DNA from: Aggregatilineales bacterium
Lineage (GTDB): Bacteria; Chloroflexota; Anaerolineae; Aggregatilineales; Phototrophicaceae
Assembly (NCBI GenBank): GCA_044226855.1
Contig: JBGAGF010000013.1
Location: forward strand, 95,507 to 159,506
Direction: 5' to 3'
DNA: 64,000 bases
Shown here: positions 8,754-19,090 of the stretch, piece after piece
How positions within the stretch are numbered: position 1 is the stretch's first letter
Layout: each line of letters begins with the position of its first letter
Position numbers and translations under genes: made by a program
The notes under the pieces: generated by a model
What the model saw: only the letters and a program-made list of their open reading frames with translations
What the model was told of the DNA's origin: nothing
Database searches by the model: none

Positions 8754-9815
8754 TTACTCCCCGGCATTCACGAGATAACGCGCGATCAAATGCGCCGTAT
8801 GCTCGATGCTGCTCTTGTGCGTGCGCTCATAACCATGTGAGGCATCAATGCCCGGGCCAATCAACGCTACCCGCGCTGCGCCACCTGCCCGCCAGTAGGC
8901 CGAACCATCCGAGCCGTAGTACGGATAAATATCCATCTTGTAGGGAATGTTGTGGGCTTGCGCGAGCTGTCGCATCTGTGCCGTGAAGGCATAGTGATAA
9001 GGTCCGCTGCTGTCCTTGGCGCAGATGCTCACCGAAAACTCGTCGGAGTTCTGCCCATCGCCCATCGCGCCCATATCGATTGTGAGGAGTTCAGCTAGTT
9101 CACTCGGCCAATCCGCCGAGCCACCATGTCCAACTTCCTCATAATTCGCGATCAAAATGGTCGTATCTTGAACAGGCTGTTGTTTGGCCGCTTTAAGGGC
9201 CATCAATGCGCCATAAATCGCTGCTACACCCGCTTTATCATCCAGATGTCGCGAGCGGATGAAACCCGTATCGGTCACTTCAACACGCGGATCAAGGAAT
9301 ATGAAGTCACCGACTTCAATACCGAGTTCACGCGTGTCGGATGCGCTGCGGGTCATCGCGTCCAGACGGATTTCCATATTATCCGCGTCTCGCTGAATTG
9401 AGTTGAGTTTACTGTTGACGTGTGTGCTGGGATTACTTAAAAGCATGGTTCCACGAATACGCTGGTTATCAGCCGTTCGAACAGTCACCCCTTCATACTC
9501 GACCGCATTCCACGCGTAGCCGCCCAACTGAGTCGCCTTTAAACGTCCGCTTCCTTTGATCTCTTTGACCATCAACCCCAGTGTATCGACATGCGCCGTA
9601 ATACCGCGCGGTGCGTCACTGGATGCGCCCTTTAGCTGAATGCTCAACGCGCCTTTCTTGGTACGGTTGAGTTTCATGCCGTTAATTTTGAGTTTCTTGA
9701 AGGCCGCTTCTACATAATCAATGGCCTCAACCGCGTAGCCGGTTGGGCTAGGGGTATTCAATAAGCCCGTCAGAAAAGTGATTGTTTCATCAAGATTGAT
9801 CTTTAAATCGCTCAT
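8754..9815 (-). CDS. M42 family metallopeptidase (glutamyl aminopeptidase/FrvX-like)
   Basis: About 350 aa with M42-like metal-binding His/Asp/Glu pattern (HVDTLG, GDGQNSDE). Start taken at MSDLKINLD. Confidence 0.65.
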   Translation of the reverse strand: MSDLKINLDETITFLTGLLNTPSPTGYAVEAIDYVEAAFKKLKINGMKLNRTKKGALSIQLKGASSDAPRGITAHVDTLGLMVKEIKGSGRLKATQLGGYAWNAVEYEGVTVRTADNQRIRGTMLLSNPSTHVNSKLNSIQRDADNMEIRLDAMTRSASDTRELGIEVGDFIFLDPRVEVTDTGFIRSRHLDDKAGVAAIYGALMALKAAKQQPVQDTTILIANYEEVGHGGSADWPSELAELLTIDMGAMGDGQNSDEFSVSICAKDSSGPYHYAFTAQMRQLAQAHNIPYKMDIYPYYGSDGSAYWRAGGAARVALIGPGIDASHGYERTHKSSIEHTAHLIARYLVNAGE

Positions 9816-9964
9816 GGGACTCTCCACGATTAGGATAACAACATGCAATACTATAACACTGCCTCTAGGATGATGGGGTTCAAGTCCAATTGAAATTGGT
9901 TTTCAGGGCGAATCAGGTAGAGCAGTGTTACAATTGCGCCATTCTATCATGTGTGGAGCAGGGC

Positions 9965-10915
9965 ATGACTTCTATTCACATACGCGGGGCAACACTGGAT
10001 GATACACAGGCCATTAGCGCCTTGTTTCGGACACATATCTCAGTCTGGCAAAGGCTCAACTCTGCGGGCACGGTTGAGGATGTGGCGTACGAGTCGCTGA
10101 CAATCTATGAACGCTGGCTTCACGGCGGCCCATGGATGAGCGTGGAAACTGCCTCAATTCATCTCAGTCATTTGCTGCGTGGTGCGGGGATTCCACTGGT
10201 GGCAGAAGTCGAAGGTCAAATTGCTGCCTATGCCGAAGTGTATCGTGGAACTGAGCCAGAACCATTCGGCAGTCACTACCATTTGGCGCAAATCATAGTT
10301 CATCCAGATTTCGGGAATCAAGGTATTCAAGACCTTGTCTTGAACGACCTGCTTGAACAAGCTCGCATTGCCCGTGTAAGCCGTGTGACCGCCAATGGTA
10401 TAGCGGGTGATGTCCAAACCCAGAGCCTTTATGCTCGTCATGGATTGACAGTGCTTTCTCGTGTCAGCCGCTTCAGCTTACCGGCTAAATCGGGACAGGG
10501 TTTTTACAAAGTTGTCGAACATCTGAATGACAATGCGCAGCAAATCAACAACTGGTTTATGCCTGTGGGGCGGCTGGGCAGCGCACGTCAACAGTGGGAA
10601 ACCTTTTGGCCGCAAACTTGGTATGCCATTTCCGAAATACGCGAACGTCGTACCCATCGGTTAAACTTCTCAGCTTCCGGACAGGAAGCCCTCATTTACT
10701 GCCAGCAGCAGCTTTATGCCCCGCGCAACGTCGAGGTTTACATGTGGTCGCCAAAGCCGCTGACTGCTCAATTACTCACGGCGCTGCGCGATTGGACACA
10801 CCGCGAAGGTTATCGCACCTTGATACTCGGTGTGAATGATGACAATGCCAAGGTCTTGGGCACAGAGGCTGAAGCAGACGGTTACTATGAGGATGTTTAC
10901 GGGGTAAAAATATAG
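9965..10915 (+). CDS. GNAT family N-acetyltransferase with C-terminal domain
   Basis: Start at MTSIHIRGATLDD. N-terminal GNAT-like core, C-terminal roughly 150 aa unassigned. Confidence 0.55.
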   Translation: MTSIHIRGATLDDTQAISALFRTHISVWQRLNSAGTVEDVAYESLTIYERWLHGGPWMSVETASIHLSHLLRGAGIPLVAEVEGQIAAYAEVYRGTEPEPFGSHYHLAQIIVHPDFGNQGIQDLVLNDLLEQARIARVSRVTANGIAGDVQTQSLYARHGLTVLSRVSRFSLPAKSGQGFYKVVEHLNDNAQQINNWFMPVGRLGSARQQWETFWPQTWYAISEIRERRTHRLNFSASGQEALIYCQQQLYAPRNVEVYMWSPKPLTAQLLTALRDWTHREGYRTLILGVNDDNAKVLGTEAEADGYYEDVYGVKI

Positions 10916-10960
10916 GTCGGATTAGGGTTTGCAATCCAACCTATTGAATAAAACTCTAGG

Positions 10961-11238
10961 CTACTTCTTCCGATGTTTAGGCTTGGGCGGTTTGGGTTCT
11001 TCCTCATCACCGGTATATTGTTCCCAGTCAATAGTCTCTTCTAAATCGCTGGTTCGCTTGGTCGCATGACCAGATTCCTCAAGCGCATGCCTTTCATAGT
11101 CATGTGCCAGATAAGCATGCTGTCGCGCTTCGTTTTCTTTGCCCTCATCAATGAGCTGCGCGGCGACATCATGTACTTTGGCGGCTTCCCGCAAATATAC
11201 AGCACTCCAACGGTGATGATCTGAAATCTTCGGTGGCA
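10961..11238 (-). CDS. small charged hypothetical protein
   Basis: Start MPPKISDHH preceded by GGAG. Lys/Pro/Glu-rich C-terminus. Confidence 0.4.
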
Positions 11239-11368
11239 TATCCCTTGCTCCAATAAATACAAAGAGGTGGGCTGAACTGCACCCACCTCTCAGTATCGAC
11301 ACTGGAGTCTGTCAGGGAATGAGCCGGTTAGCTAACCTTCACATTCCACCTAGACTATTATCAATGGA

Positions 11369-12385
11369 TTAACCGGCAGGCGTTGGCTCTGGTGTTGTTT
11401 CCGGCATTGCTGCGTCTGCTGTCGCTTCGGAAGACATTGCTGCCGAGGGTGAGCTAAAGGTCACCTTCTGGATGAAATAGGATGGCGCATCCGATTGGCT
11501 GAACTGGGCATCGGTCGTGTAGGGCACGCCGTCACGAATAGCGATGGTCGTCACCGAACCGGATGCGGGATGATAGTCACCCGTGATGGTAGCAGTGGCG
11601 AAATCGTCCTCACTGGTCAGTTGGACGACATGTTTGGGGTTGCCGACTGCTGCGACAAGTGTCTTGGCATCCGAGAAGATGATGCCATCACCACCCGAAA
11701 CGTCGCCATCAACCTCAACGACCGAGAACGATTGCGGATTGTCCAGCGGAATCTTGATCAGGTCAGTACCGCGAACGGCGACCAAATAGCCATTCGGATT
11801 ATAGTCAATCCCGTTCAGGACGAATGATCCGACAAAGCTAGGGTCTTGAAGGAAAATCGAGGCATTGCCATCGACATCCACTTTGTAGAAGACGCCTGCT
11901 GCGCTGTCGGAAACATATGCATTGCCGTCCTTATCAACCGCGATGTCATTGGGGAAGTGCCCCTGAGCATCGGGCGTCACGGCTGCTAGATCAACTAGAT
12001 GAATTTGCTGGCCCGTCGCGAGATCATAGATGCCAAGCTGACCGATCTTATTTTGGTCTGTCGAGCCGAAAAGCAGCCGGTTGCGTTCGGCGTCAATTTG
12101 CAGGCCAATGATCGATTTCAAATTCGGGTCTTGAACAAGCGTGGTTAGCGTTCCGTCGTCTGCTATTACCGAAACACTGCTTTGTGAAATGGAGCCGAGA
12201 AGAAACTGCCCGCGCGTCGCATCATATTCGATGCCTTCTGGCATTAAGCTGGGGACATTGATGGTAATCGTATCTGGAGCGGCTGACATAGTGCTTTCAG
12301 GGGTAGCTTCTTGCGCAGCGACCGCCAATACGCCGGTGCTAAGTGCAAGAGCCGCCGATAAAAGGACAATATTTCGTTTCAGCAT
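11369..12385 (-). CDS. secreted beta-propeller protein (SMP-30/gluconolactonase/LRE-like)
   Basis: Signal peptide, then repeated GxxxD/NG-like blades and a Pro/Thr-rich tail. Confidence 0.55.
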   Translation of the reverse strand: MLKRNIVLLSAALALSTGVLAVAAQEATPESTMSAAPDTITINVPSLMPEGIEYDATRGQFLLGSISQSSVSVIADDGTLTTLVQDPNLKSIIGLQIDAERNRLLFGSTDQNKIGQLGIYDLATGQQIHLVDLAAVTPDAQGHFPNDIAVDKDGNAYVSDSAAGVFYKVDVDGNASIFLQDPSFVGSFVLNGIDYNPNGYLVAVRGTDLIKIPLDNPQSFSVVEVDGDVSGGDGIIFSDAKTLVAAVGNPKHVVQLTSEDDFATATITGDYHPASGSVTTIAIRDGVPYTTDAQFSQSDAPSYFIQKVTFSSPSAAMSSEATADAAMPETTPEPTPAG

Positions 12386-12570
12386 ACGTTCTTATCTCCT
12401 CATAGTGAACATCGAAGGTCGCTTTCGCGACTACTTACCGAGCGTATCGCGCAGTCAAGCCTTACCCTTATGACGGTGCTTCTCACACATTGTTCATATC
12501 AACTGGGTACAGAGCTTTATTCCTAATTTCGCTATAATGAAGGTAGGACGCACTGTTGAAGGAGCCGCCC

Positions 12571-13323
12571 ATGTCTGTCTACGAAACCAATCGTGCTGAA
12601 TATGGCTTTACCAGCGGGCACATCCATATCGTGATGGAAGGTGGTAGACAGTTACCTGCCTATTGGGCGCATCCGAATACAGGACGTTTATTTCCGGCGA
12701 TTGCACTCATTCATGACTGGTGGGGCATCACGTCGACCATCCGCCGGATTGCCCATCGTTTCGCACAGGTCGGTTATTATGTGATCGTGCCCGACTTATT
12801 CAACGGGCAGGTTGCGTCCACGCCGGAACGTGCCATTGAACTGGTTAAGGAACTGGGAGACTCTGGTTATCCGCGTGTGGATGCGGCACTGGGCGTGTTG
12901 GAAACCCATAACAACACCAATCATGATGTGGCGGTTGTGGGGATCGGCATGGGCGGCAGCTTGGCTTACGAGGCGGCTATTATCCGCAAGGATATGGAAG
13001 CGGCAGTTGTCTACTACGGTTTTCCACAGCGTTACTTTGGACGCCTAAAAGATGTGCGTGTGCCGCTGCTGGCAATCTATGGACAGCAAGAGCAGTATGT
13101 GACCAAAGCTGATCTTACCCGTGTGCAGCGTGAACTGAACAGTAACCTACTCGGTCTGCAACATGAGATGTCGCTGCTGCCGGATGTCGCACACGACTTT
13201 TTTAGTGATGATTCCGGTGAAGTCGGGCGTGTCCAAGGACATATCGCGCTGAATACAGCTTTTAGTTTTCTTGAAAAATATCTCAAAGGGCCGTTACGAA
13301 CTGGCCCGATCAAACAGATGTAA
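12571..13323 (+). CDS. dienelactone hydrolase family protein
   Basis: DLH-like alpha/beta fold. A GIGMGG nucleophile-elbow-like motif is present. Confidence 0.65.
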   Translation: MSVYETNRAEYGFTSGHIHIVMEGGRQLPAYWAHPNTGRLFPAIALIHDWWGITSTIRRIAHRFAQVGYYVIVPDLFNGQVASTPERAIELVKELGDSGYPRVDAALGVLETHNNTNHDVAVVGIGMGGSLAYEAAIIRKDMEAAVVYYGFPQRYFGRLKDVRVPLLAIYGQQEQYVTKADLTRVQRELNSNLLGLQHEMSLLPDVAHDFFSDDSGEVGRVQGHIALNTAFSFLEKYLKGPLRTGPIKQM

Positions 13324-13347
13324 TGTGAATGGATAAGGATATTCGAC

Positions 13348-13701
13348 ATGGCACAGATGACCAACGATCCTCTGCGTGATTTAATTCGCTCAACGCTCGA
13401 ATTTTATGCCCGTTTTGATTGGCAGCCGCTCAAGGATGACGCCATCCGTGTGTTCGAGGAAGAAGTTCGCGAAGTCAAAGAGGCCGCACTCGACGGCACC
13501 AATACCAACCACATCGCGGAAGAAGCGGCGGATGTGATTGTCACGTTGATCGGCGTGTGTCAGGCATCCGGTGTTGAACCGGAGCAGTTGATTGACCAAT
13601 TGTACGCGGTTATCGCCAAGAACGATGCCAAAAATCATGACACGCACGTCTATACTGACGGTAAAATTCGGCGGCGTTTTCCCAAGACGCCCACCACATG
13701 A
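13348..13701 (+). CDS. MazG-like nucleotide pyrophosphohydrolase domain protein
   Basis: EExxE/EEAADV metal-binding helix pair typical of all-alpha NTP pyrophosphatases. Confidence 0.55.
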   Translation: MAQMTNDPLRDLIRSTLEFYARFDWQPLKDDAIRVFEEEVREVKEAALDGTNTNHIAEEAADVIVTLIGVCQASGVEPEQLIDQLYAVIAKNDAKNHDTHVYTDGKIRRRFPKTPTT

Positions 13702-14378
13702 CCGCTATTTGTGAAGTTTTGCAGCCCGGTTCCATGCCTTACCAACAGGCATGGGATTGGCAAAATCAATTGGCTGATACGCGTGGGCGCGGCGAAGTTC
13801 CTGACCGTCTGATCTTGCTGCAACATCCGCATACTTATACGCTCGGTACGTCGGCTCATGAAGAGAACTTACTGCTCTCTCCGTTGGAGTTGGCCGAGCG
13901 TGGGATAACAGTTTTCCGCGTGGATCGGGGTGGGGATATCACCTATCACGGGCCGGGGCAGTTGGTTGGTTATCCAATCGTTCAACTGCCACGCGCCTCC
14001 GACACCTTGCGTATGGATGTAACCGGTTACGTCCGTAACATTGAGCAAGTCATTATTCGTACTTTGGCGGATTACGGTGTGATGTGTAGACCGATCGCCG
14101 GACTAACCGGAGTCTGGGTGGATACGCCAGCAGGCGAAGCCAAAGTCTGTGCTATTGGAGTACGGGTCAACGTCCGTGCTGTGACCAAACACGGCTTCGC
14201 GCTCAACCTGAATACTGACCTCAGTTACTTTGAGGGGATTATTCCCTGCGGCATTCGTGACAAAGGCGTGACCAGCCTCGCCCAACTGTTGGGCTCACCC
14301 GTTGACGAAGCTGCTGTGGCACAACGTCTGATCAAGCATTTCGGAGATGTATTTGGCTACGAGATGGCGATGAGCTAA
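13698..14378 (+). CDS. lipB: lipoyl(octanoyl) transferase LipB
   Basis: LLQHPHTYTLG..., DRGGDITYHGPGQ, and catalytic Cys in IPCGI with K in CAIGVR. 4-bp overlap with the upstream gene. Confidence 0.8.
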   Translation: MTAICEVLQPGSMPYQQAWDWQNQLADTRGRGEVPDRLILLQHPHTYTLGTSAHEENLLLSPLELAERGITVFRVDRGGDITYHGPGQLVGYPIVQLPRASDTLRMDVTGYVRNIEQVIIRTLADYGVMCRPIAGLTGVWVDTPAGEAKVCAIGVRVNVRAVTKHGFALNLNTDLSYFEGIIPCGIRDKGVTSLAQLLGSPVDEAAVAQRLIKHFGDVFGYEMAMS

Positions 14379-14388
14379 TCAGGATTAA

Positions 14389-14952
14389 CTATTCGGCTGC
14401 GGTATCTTCGAAAATGGCGCTTACAGGCATTAGAAAACCGGGGAGCACTGTACCACCATCGAGCATTTCGCCCTCAATCAGCACCTGCTCTTCATCCAGT
14501 GTATAGACTTCAACCAATCGCTTTTGAGGATCAACCAACCACACGAGTTTTGTACCATTTGCCAGATAATAATGAGCTTTAGCGCGCATATCCTTTAGTG
14601 AATCATCGGGCGATTTCACTTCAACAGCTATATCCGGTAGTTCAGGAACACTGCCCCTTGTGGTGAGAGGTGTATTACCCGCACGGTACGATACGTCGGG
14701 AATGCGAGCATTTCGTCGATCTTCTTTTGAACGGTAACGAACTTCGGTCAGCACACGGCCTTTGATGTTATTGGAGAGAATGAAATTGAGAAGCCAGTGT
14801 GCAATCAGGATGACGATCATCCCATGTTGTTCGGTGGGCACTTTTTCTACAATCTCCCCATTTATGAGTTCGAGCAACCGGTCACGGTTTTCGGGCAAGT
14901 CAGCGTATTGCTCGAATTCGTCCACCGTATAGTAAAGTTTTCGGGCTTCCAT
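14389..14952 (-). CDS. Uma2 family (DUF820) restriction endonuclease-like protein
   Basis: Typical Uma2 pattern. N-terminal YTVDEFEQY...GEIV and C-terminal PDIAVEVKSP...VWLVDPQKRLVEVY. Confidence 0.65.
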   Translation of the reverse strand: MEARKLYYTVDEFEQYADLPENRDRLLELINGEIVEKVPTEQHGMIVILIAHWLLNFILSNNIKGRVLTEVRYRSKEDRRNARIPDVSYRAGNTPLTTRGSVPELPDIAVEVKSPDDSLKDMRAKAHYYLANGTKLVWLVDPQKRLVEVYTLDEEQVLIEGEMLDGGTVLPGFLMPVSAIFEDTAAE

Positions 14953-15051
14953 TCGCTTACCCTTCGTCTCCTCAACTTCTGATGTGATTTTATCACGTTT
15001 CATAGCTTCAACGTGTAACATGAGGAATAATGCTGTTGGACGGAGCTACAC

Positions 15052-15711
15052 ATGCCGCGTTTGCTGCTTAAAGTGGCGCTATTGTTGAGTCTTGTTTTGA
15101 CACTTACCAGCTTTGCGATCCATGCGGCCAACGCTCGATCCGATAACGTGACCGTGCGCGGCTTCACCGAAGGTTGTGACACTCAGCCCTGCTGGTATGG
15201 ACTTGTGCCGGAGAAAATAACTTTTGAGGGAGCTGTGCAAGAATTAACTAATCAGGGATTTCCCGTAACCAAAGCGTCTAGTGCAACAGATTATCCCGCT
15301 GCGACGATCAAGTCTGGTGTGATGGATTGTGAAGTGGGCTTACTGCGTTTAGACAGGGACGCTTCCTTGTTTGGAGGTTTTTACTTCCATAACTGCCAGA
15401 CTTTGACGCTAGGTGACCTGTTGGATGCTATTGGCGCACCTGACAGCCTTTCTACGACGCTCAGTTGCGAGCCTCAGTTAGCACCAATGTCTTACTATTG
15501 GATGCAGTACGCAGGGATCGGCAGTGTGGGATTAAGTTCGACGCCCGACTCGTGGACATGGCTGTCAACGAGTGATCCTGTGGTGTCGTTTGATTTCGGT
15601 GGGAGTGCTGCCCATCATGATTCGCTTCAGACATGGGAAGGATTTATCCCGTTCTGGCGTTACAATCAACTTCATCCGGAACAAATCCTATCCTCACGCT
15701 GCGGCCCGTAG
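15052..15711 (+). CDS. secreted hypothetical protein
   Basis: Signal peptide MPRLLLKVALLLSLVLTLTSFA. No recognisable domain. Confidence 0.5.
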   Translation: MPRLLLKVALLLSLVLTLTSFAIHAANARSDNVTVRGFTEGCDTQPCWYGLVPEKITFEGAVQELTNQGFPVTKASSATDYPAATIKSGVMDCEVGLLRLDRDASLFGGFYFHNCQTLTLGDLLDAIGAPDSLSTTLSCEPQLAPMSYYWMQYAGIGSVGLSSTPDSWTWLSTSDPVVSFDFGGSAAHHDSLQTWEGFIPFWRYNQLHPEQILSSRCGP

Positions 15712-15754
15712 TAAATGGAAGTTGCCTTCAAGTGATTGGGGCGCTCGGCAATAG

Positions 15755-15795
15755 AAAGCGCGGATAGCCGTTCTGACCATCCGCGCCTTTATCTT
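15755..15795. terminator. bidirectional intrinsic terminator between convergent genes
   Basis: Hairpin GCGCGGAT...ATCCGCGC flanked by an A-run on one side and a T-rich run on the other. Confidence 0.5.
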
Positions 15796-15835
15796 GCTTT
15801 AGACTATCAACTGAAAACTGTTGACTGTCACATTC

Positions 15836-17239
15836 CTACATGTTAATCATGTGGCCTTCAAGACCATGAGCCGCTTCTTTGATCGCTTCGCTCAGTGTCG
15901 GATGAGCATGGACGTTACGTGCGATCTCATTTGGAGTCAACTCAGCAAGTCGTGCTAAGGTCAGTTCCGGCAGCAGTTCGGTGACATCCGGGCCGATGAG
16001 GTGTGCGCCCAACATTTCGCCGTACTTCTTGTCGCTGATCAGCTTGACAAAGCCCACCGTTTCACCCAAACCATGTGCCTTGCCGTTGGCTTGGAAGGGG
16101 AACTTGGAGACGTTGATGTCGTATCCCTTTTCCTTGGCCTGTTTCTCCGTCCAACCAAAGCTGGCAATCTGCGGTTGGCAGTATGTCGCACGTGGCATCA
16201 TCTCATATTCGAGTTCGACGGTTTCCACGCCAGCGATATTTTCTGCCGCGATAATCCCCATGTTTTCGGCAACGTGCGCCAGCATCAGCTTGGAAGTCGC
16301 ATCGCCAATGGCGTAAATATGGGGCACGTTGGTCTGCATCTTCTTGTTGATGTCAATCGCGCCGCGATCCGTTAGCTTCACACCCGTCTTTTCCAAGCCG
16401 TAGCCTTCGGTGCGCGGCTTGAATCCAATCGCTTGCATAACCTTATTGGCTTCGAGAACCACTTGTTTACCATCGGCGGGCGTTACCGTCACCTTGACGC
16501 TCTTGCCCGTGTCCTCAATCTTTTCGACCTTGGTGCTGGTCATGATCTTGATGCCCAGCCGTTCATACTGCTTGCGCAGTTCAGCCGAGACTTCCTCGTC
16601 TTCCAGCGGAACCATCCGGTCAAGGAATTCGACAATTGTGACTTCGACACCGTAGTTGTGCATCACATAACCGAACTCGACCCCGATTGCGCCCGCGCCC
16701 GCAATGATGATGCTCTTGGGCAGCGACTCTTCCATGATCTGTTCTTCATAAGTCACGACACGTTCGCTCAGCTTAGTGCCGGGAATGAGACGTGTGGTGG
16801 CGCCGGGAGCCAGAATTAGATTCTTAAAGGTCAGCGTTTCCTTGGTACCACCATTCAGCGCCACTTCAATCGTATGCGCGTCGGTGAAGGTTCCCCAACC
16901 GTCGTATTCGTCAATCTTGTTCTTGCGCATCAGGAAGTGGACGCCCTTGACGCGACCATCGGCTACGCGGCGGCTGCGCTTGAAAGCTTCACCGTAATCG
17001 AATGTGACCTTGCCTTCGATCTTCATGCCAAAAGTCTTAGCTTCCGTGTTGACGATATGCGCCAGTTCGGCGTTACGCAGAAGCGCCTTTGAGGGGATGC
17101 AGCCTACGTTCAAGCAGACACCGCCCCAATACTTCTTCTCGACAACGGCAGTCTTCAATCCAAGCTGCGCTGCGCGAACAGCAGCGGTATAGCCGCCCGG
17201 CCCTGCGCCCAGCACAACGACATCATATTCTTTTGCCAT
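15836..17239 (-). CDS. lpdA: dihydrolipoyl dehydrogenase
   Basis: FAD motif GAGPGGY, redox disulfide [16 protein letters not shown]-binding GAGAIG, interface domain HAHPTLSE. Confidence 0.9.
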   Translation of the reverse strand: MAKEYDVVVLGAGPGGYTAAVRAAQLGLKTAVVEKKYWGGVCLNVGCIPSKALLRNAELAHIVNTEAKTFGMKIEGKVTFDYGEAFKRSRRVADGRVKGVHFLMRKNKIDEYDGWGTFTDAHTIEVALNGGTKETLTFKNLILAPGATTRLIPGTKLSERVVTYEEQIMEESLPKSIIIAGAGAIGVEFGYVMHNYGVEVTIVEFLDRMVPLEDEEVSAELRKQYERLGIKIMTSTKVEKIEDTGKSVKVTVTPADGKQVVLEANKVMQAIGFKPRTEGYGLEKTGVKLTDRGAIDINKKMQTNVPHIYAIGDATSKLMLAHVAENMGIIAAENIAGVETVELEYEMMPRATYCQPQIASFGWTEKQAKEKGYDINVSKFPFQANGKAHGLGETVGFVKLISDKKYGEMLGAHLIGPDVTELLPELTLARLAELTPNEIARNVHAHPTLSEAIKEAAHGLEGHMINM

Positions 17240-17429
17240 TCGTAGTCTCCTTGGCAGACGGCAGTTTGACGGGTTCAGCCGTCCGTAGATGTGAAAATTC
17301 TAAATCACAATTGATTCTAATATGTTGATAGGGAAGAAAGCAATGTTCTTACCTGCGAGTTCCCCAGCCTCTACGATTCTCAAGTACCGGTGAGGCTGAG
17401 GATACCAGATGAAGTCTATTTGAAGGGAT

Positions 17430-18623
17430 TTATCTGTTGGGTGTTGGGGTGGCCTTCGGCGGTTTAATTCCCGGCCTGACAATCCCGATAGAGGTGGGCA
17501 GGACAATACTGCCATCGTTCGTTGGGGCTGGCGGTGGCGGGCATAATGGCCGTTTCTCGCTCGGAGGCAGCGGGGGTTCGCCCGGCGCTGGTGGCATCAC
17601 ACAGTCATTCGGATCGACGGTCGGCACAATCTCAGCCGTCGCCTCTGCCAACGGATCTTGGAAGCCTGCCTCACAGGCTGGCATCGGTCCTTCGCCGCAC
17701 AGCGCTCCACCCGCCTTGACGTGATCGTTGATCGCTTTGACTTGGTCGTCACTCAACGGTGGAACAATCTCAATTTTACGCTCGAGCATCCCCAGTGGCA
17801 GCGAATCCATTTTAAGGAATTGTTTCTTATAGGCTTTTGGCTCTTCAGGTGCGCCGTCTGCCATCATCATCTTCATTTGGATGATTCTGCCACCTGCTGC
17901 GCGCAGCGGAACAATGCGACCCGCCACTGGGACTTTCGCCCATGTGCCCGGCACGATGACCTGCGTATTCTTGCGTGAGGTCACGTAAGCCGCACCTTCT
18001 AGGGTGCTGACCGTCATGCCGTCTTCCTCCGCTGTGGTCTGGAAGAACACGGTCGAACCCATCTGCACATCGACGCCATTCACGTTGAACGCCACTTCGC
18101 CCACACCCTTTGGCGTTTGAACGAGCAGGCCGCTTTCAGGCGCTTCGTCGCATTGAGCATCACCCGCGCCTGTTCGCAGATAAAAAGCCTGCATCGGCTT
18201 CTTATCTGGACTGATGTCGGTGTTCACCGCGTTGGTAATCTCAACATCACCGAATAGGAGGAAGGTGACGTTTTGCCCGGGCAGAGTATCAGGAATGTTG
18301 GCCTGCAGCTTCATGAGTGCTACGCCCCATTGCCCTTGATCGACGCTCATCGGACTCAGCTTGAGGGTTTGTACATCCGCGATACTGACGATATCCCCCA
18401 CTTTATCAAAGGTGAAATTTTCGGCTCCCGGTTGCCCCGTTGCCGTTAGGTTGAAGTTGCCATAGCACGCTTGATTACGTCCCGTTTTCTTGCAAGCCGC
18501 ATCCGCAGCGCTCAGCGCCTTTGAAACAATTTCAGGGCATGTATTCAGTTGGGCCAGCACCAAAGCAGGCGCTAACCATAAAAAGAAGGTAAATGAGAGA
18601 ATCGTTTTTAAATGATGTTTCAT
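17430..18623 (-). CDS. secreted hypothetical protein with Pro-rich C-terminal tail
   Basis: Start MKHHLKTILSFTFFLWLAPALVLA (signal peptide). C-terminus is PP-rich. Confidence 0.5.
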   Translation of the reverse strand: MKHHLKTILSFTFFLWLAPALVLAQLNTCPEIVSKALSAADAACKKTGRNQACYGNFNLTATGQPGAENFTFDKVGDIVSIADVQTLKLSPMSVDQGQWGVALMKLQANIPDTLPGQNVTFLLFGDVEITNAVNTDISPDKKPMQAFYLRTGAGDAQCDEAPESGLLVQTPKGVGEVAFNVNGVDVQMGSTVFFQTTAEEDGMTVSTLEGAAYVTSRKNTQVIVPGTWAKVPVAGRIVPLRAAGGRIIQMKMMMADGAPEEPKAYKKQFLKMDSLPLGMLERKIEIVPPLSDDQVKAINDHVKAGGALCGEGPMPACEAGFQDPLAEATAEIVPTVDPNDCVMPPAPGEPPLPPSEKRPLCPPPPAPTNDGSIVLPTSIGIVRPGIKPPKATPTPNR

Positions 18624-18711
18624 GGCAGTTCTACATAACCTATAGCATTCGATAATTGGACGCTGACCATATTTCAATTATAAGACAAAAATCTCTGCAA
18701 CTGCTCAACGC

Positions 18712-19071
18712 CTAGTCACGGTGATAGCGTATCCCGACTGCACGCTCAACATCAATCACGAAAAAAATCCCGTTTTCAGGCTCGTGCAAGTCGCCTAATA
18801 TCGTTTGTGTTCGGCTCAACATGGCGTCGATGATCTGGTCATTCTCCAAAAGCGTCAACAAGATAAAACTGCTGGGTGCGTTAGCCCGCAGGATATCCAC
18901 CAGCGACAGCATTCCCGGCAAAATTTCCCCGTTGCGTGATAACTCGCGAATACGCTGCAGCCCATGTCCCTCAATAATAGTCACACCCGGCGCGCCTGCT
19001 TCTTGCCAGCTTTCACCCACTTGTTGGGCGACATCATCACGAGCAGTAATTAAGACGACCAATTTTGCCAT
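18712..19071 (-). CDS. P-II-like (GlnB-fold) regulatory protein
   Basis: KLVVLITARDDV...GVTIIEGHG and GIFFVIDVERAVGI resemble the P-II beta-alpha-beta core. Its start overlaps the end of the CPA2 gene. Confidence 0.55.
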   Translation of the reverse strand: MAKLVVLITARDDVAQQVGESWQEAGAPGVTIIEGHGLQRIRELSRNGEILPGMLSLVDILRANAPSSFILLTLLENDQIIDAMLSRTQTILGDLHEPENGIFFVIDVERAVGIRYHRD

Positions 19072-19090
19072 TTGGTTCCCTCCTAGATAG

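Noticed and set aside
16001-17328. Multiple plus-strand ORFs (60-128 aa) overlapping lpdA
   Set aside because: Antisense to a highly conserved gene with all lpd motifs present. No independent support.
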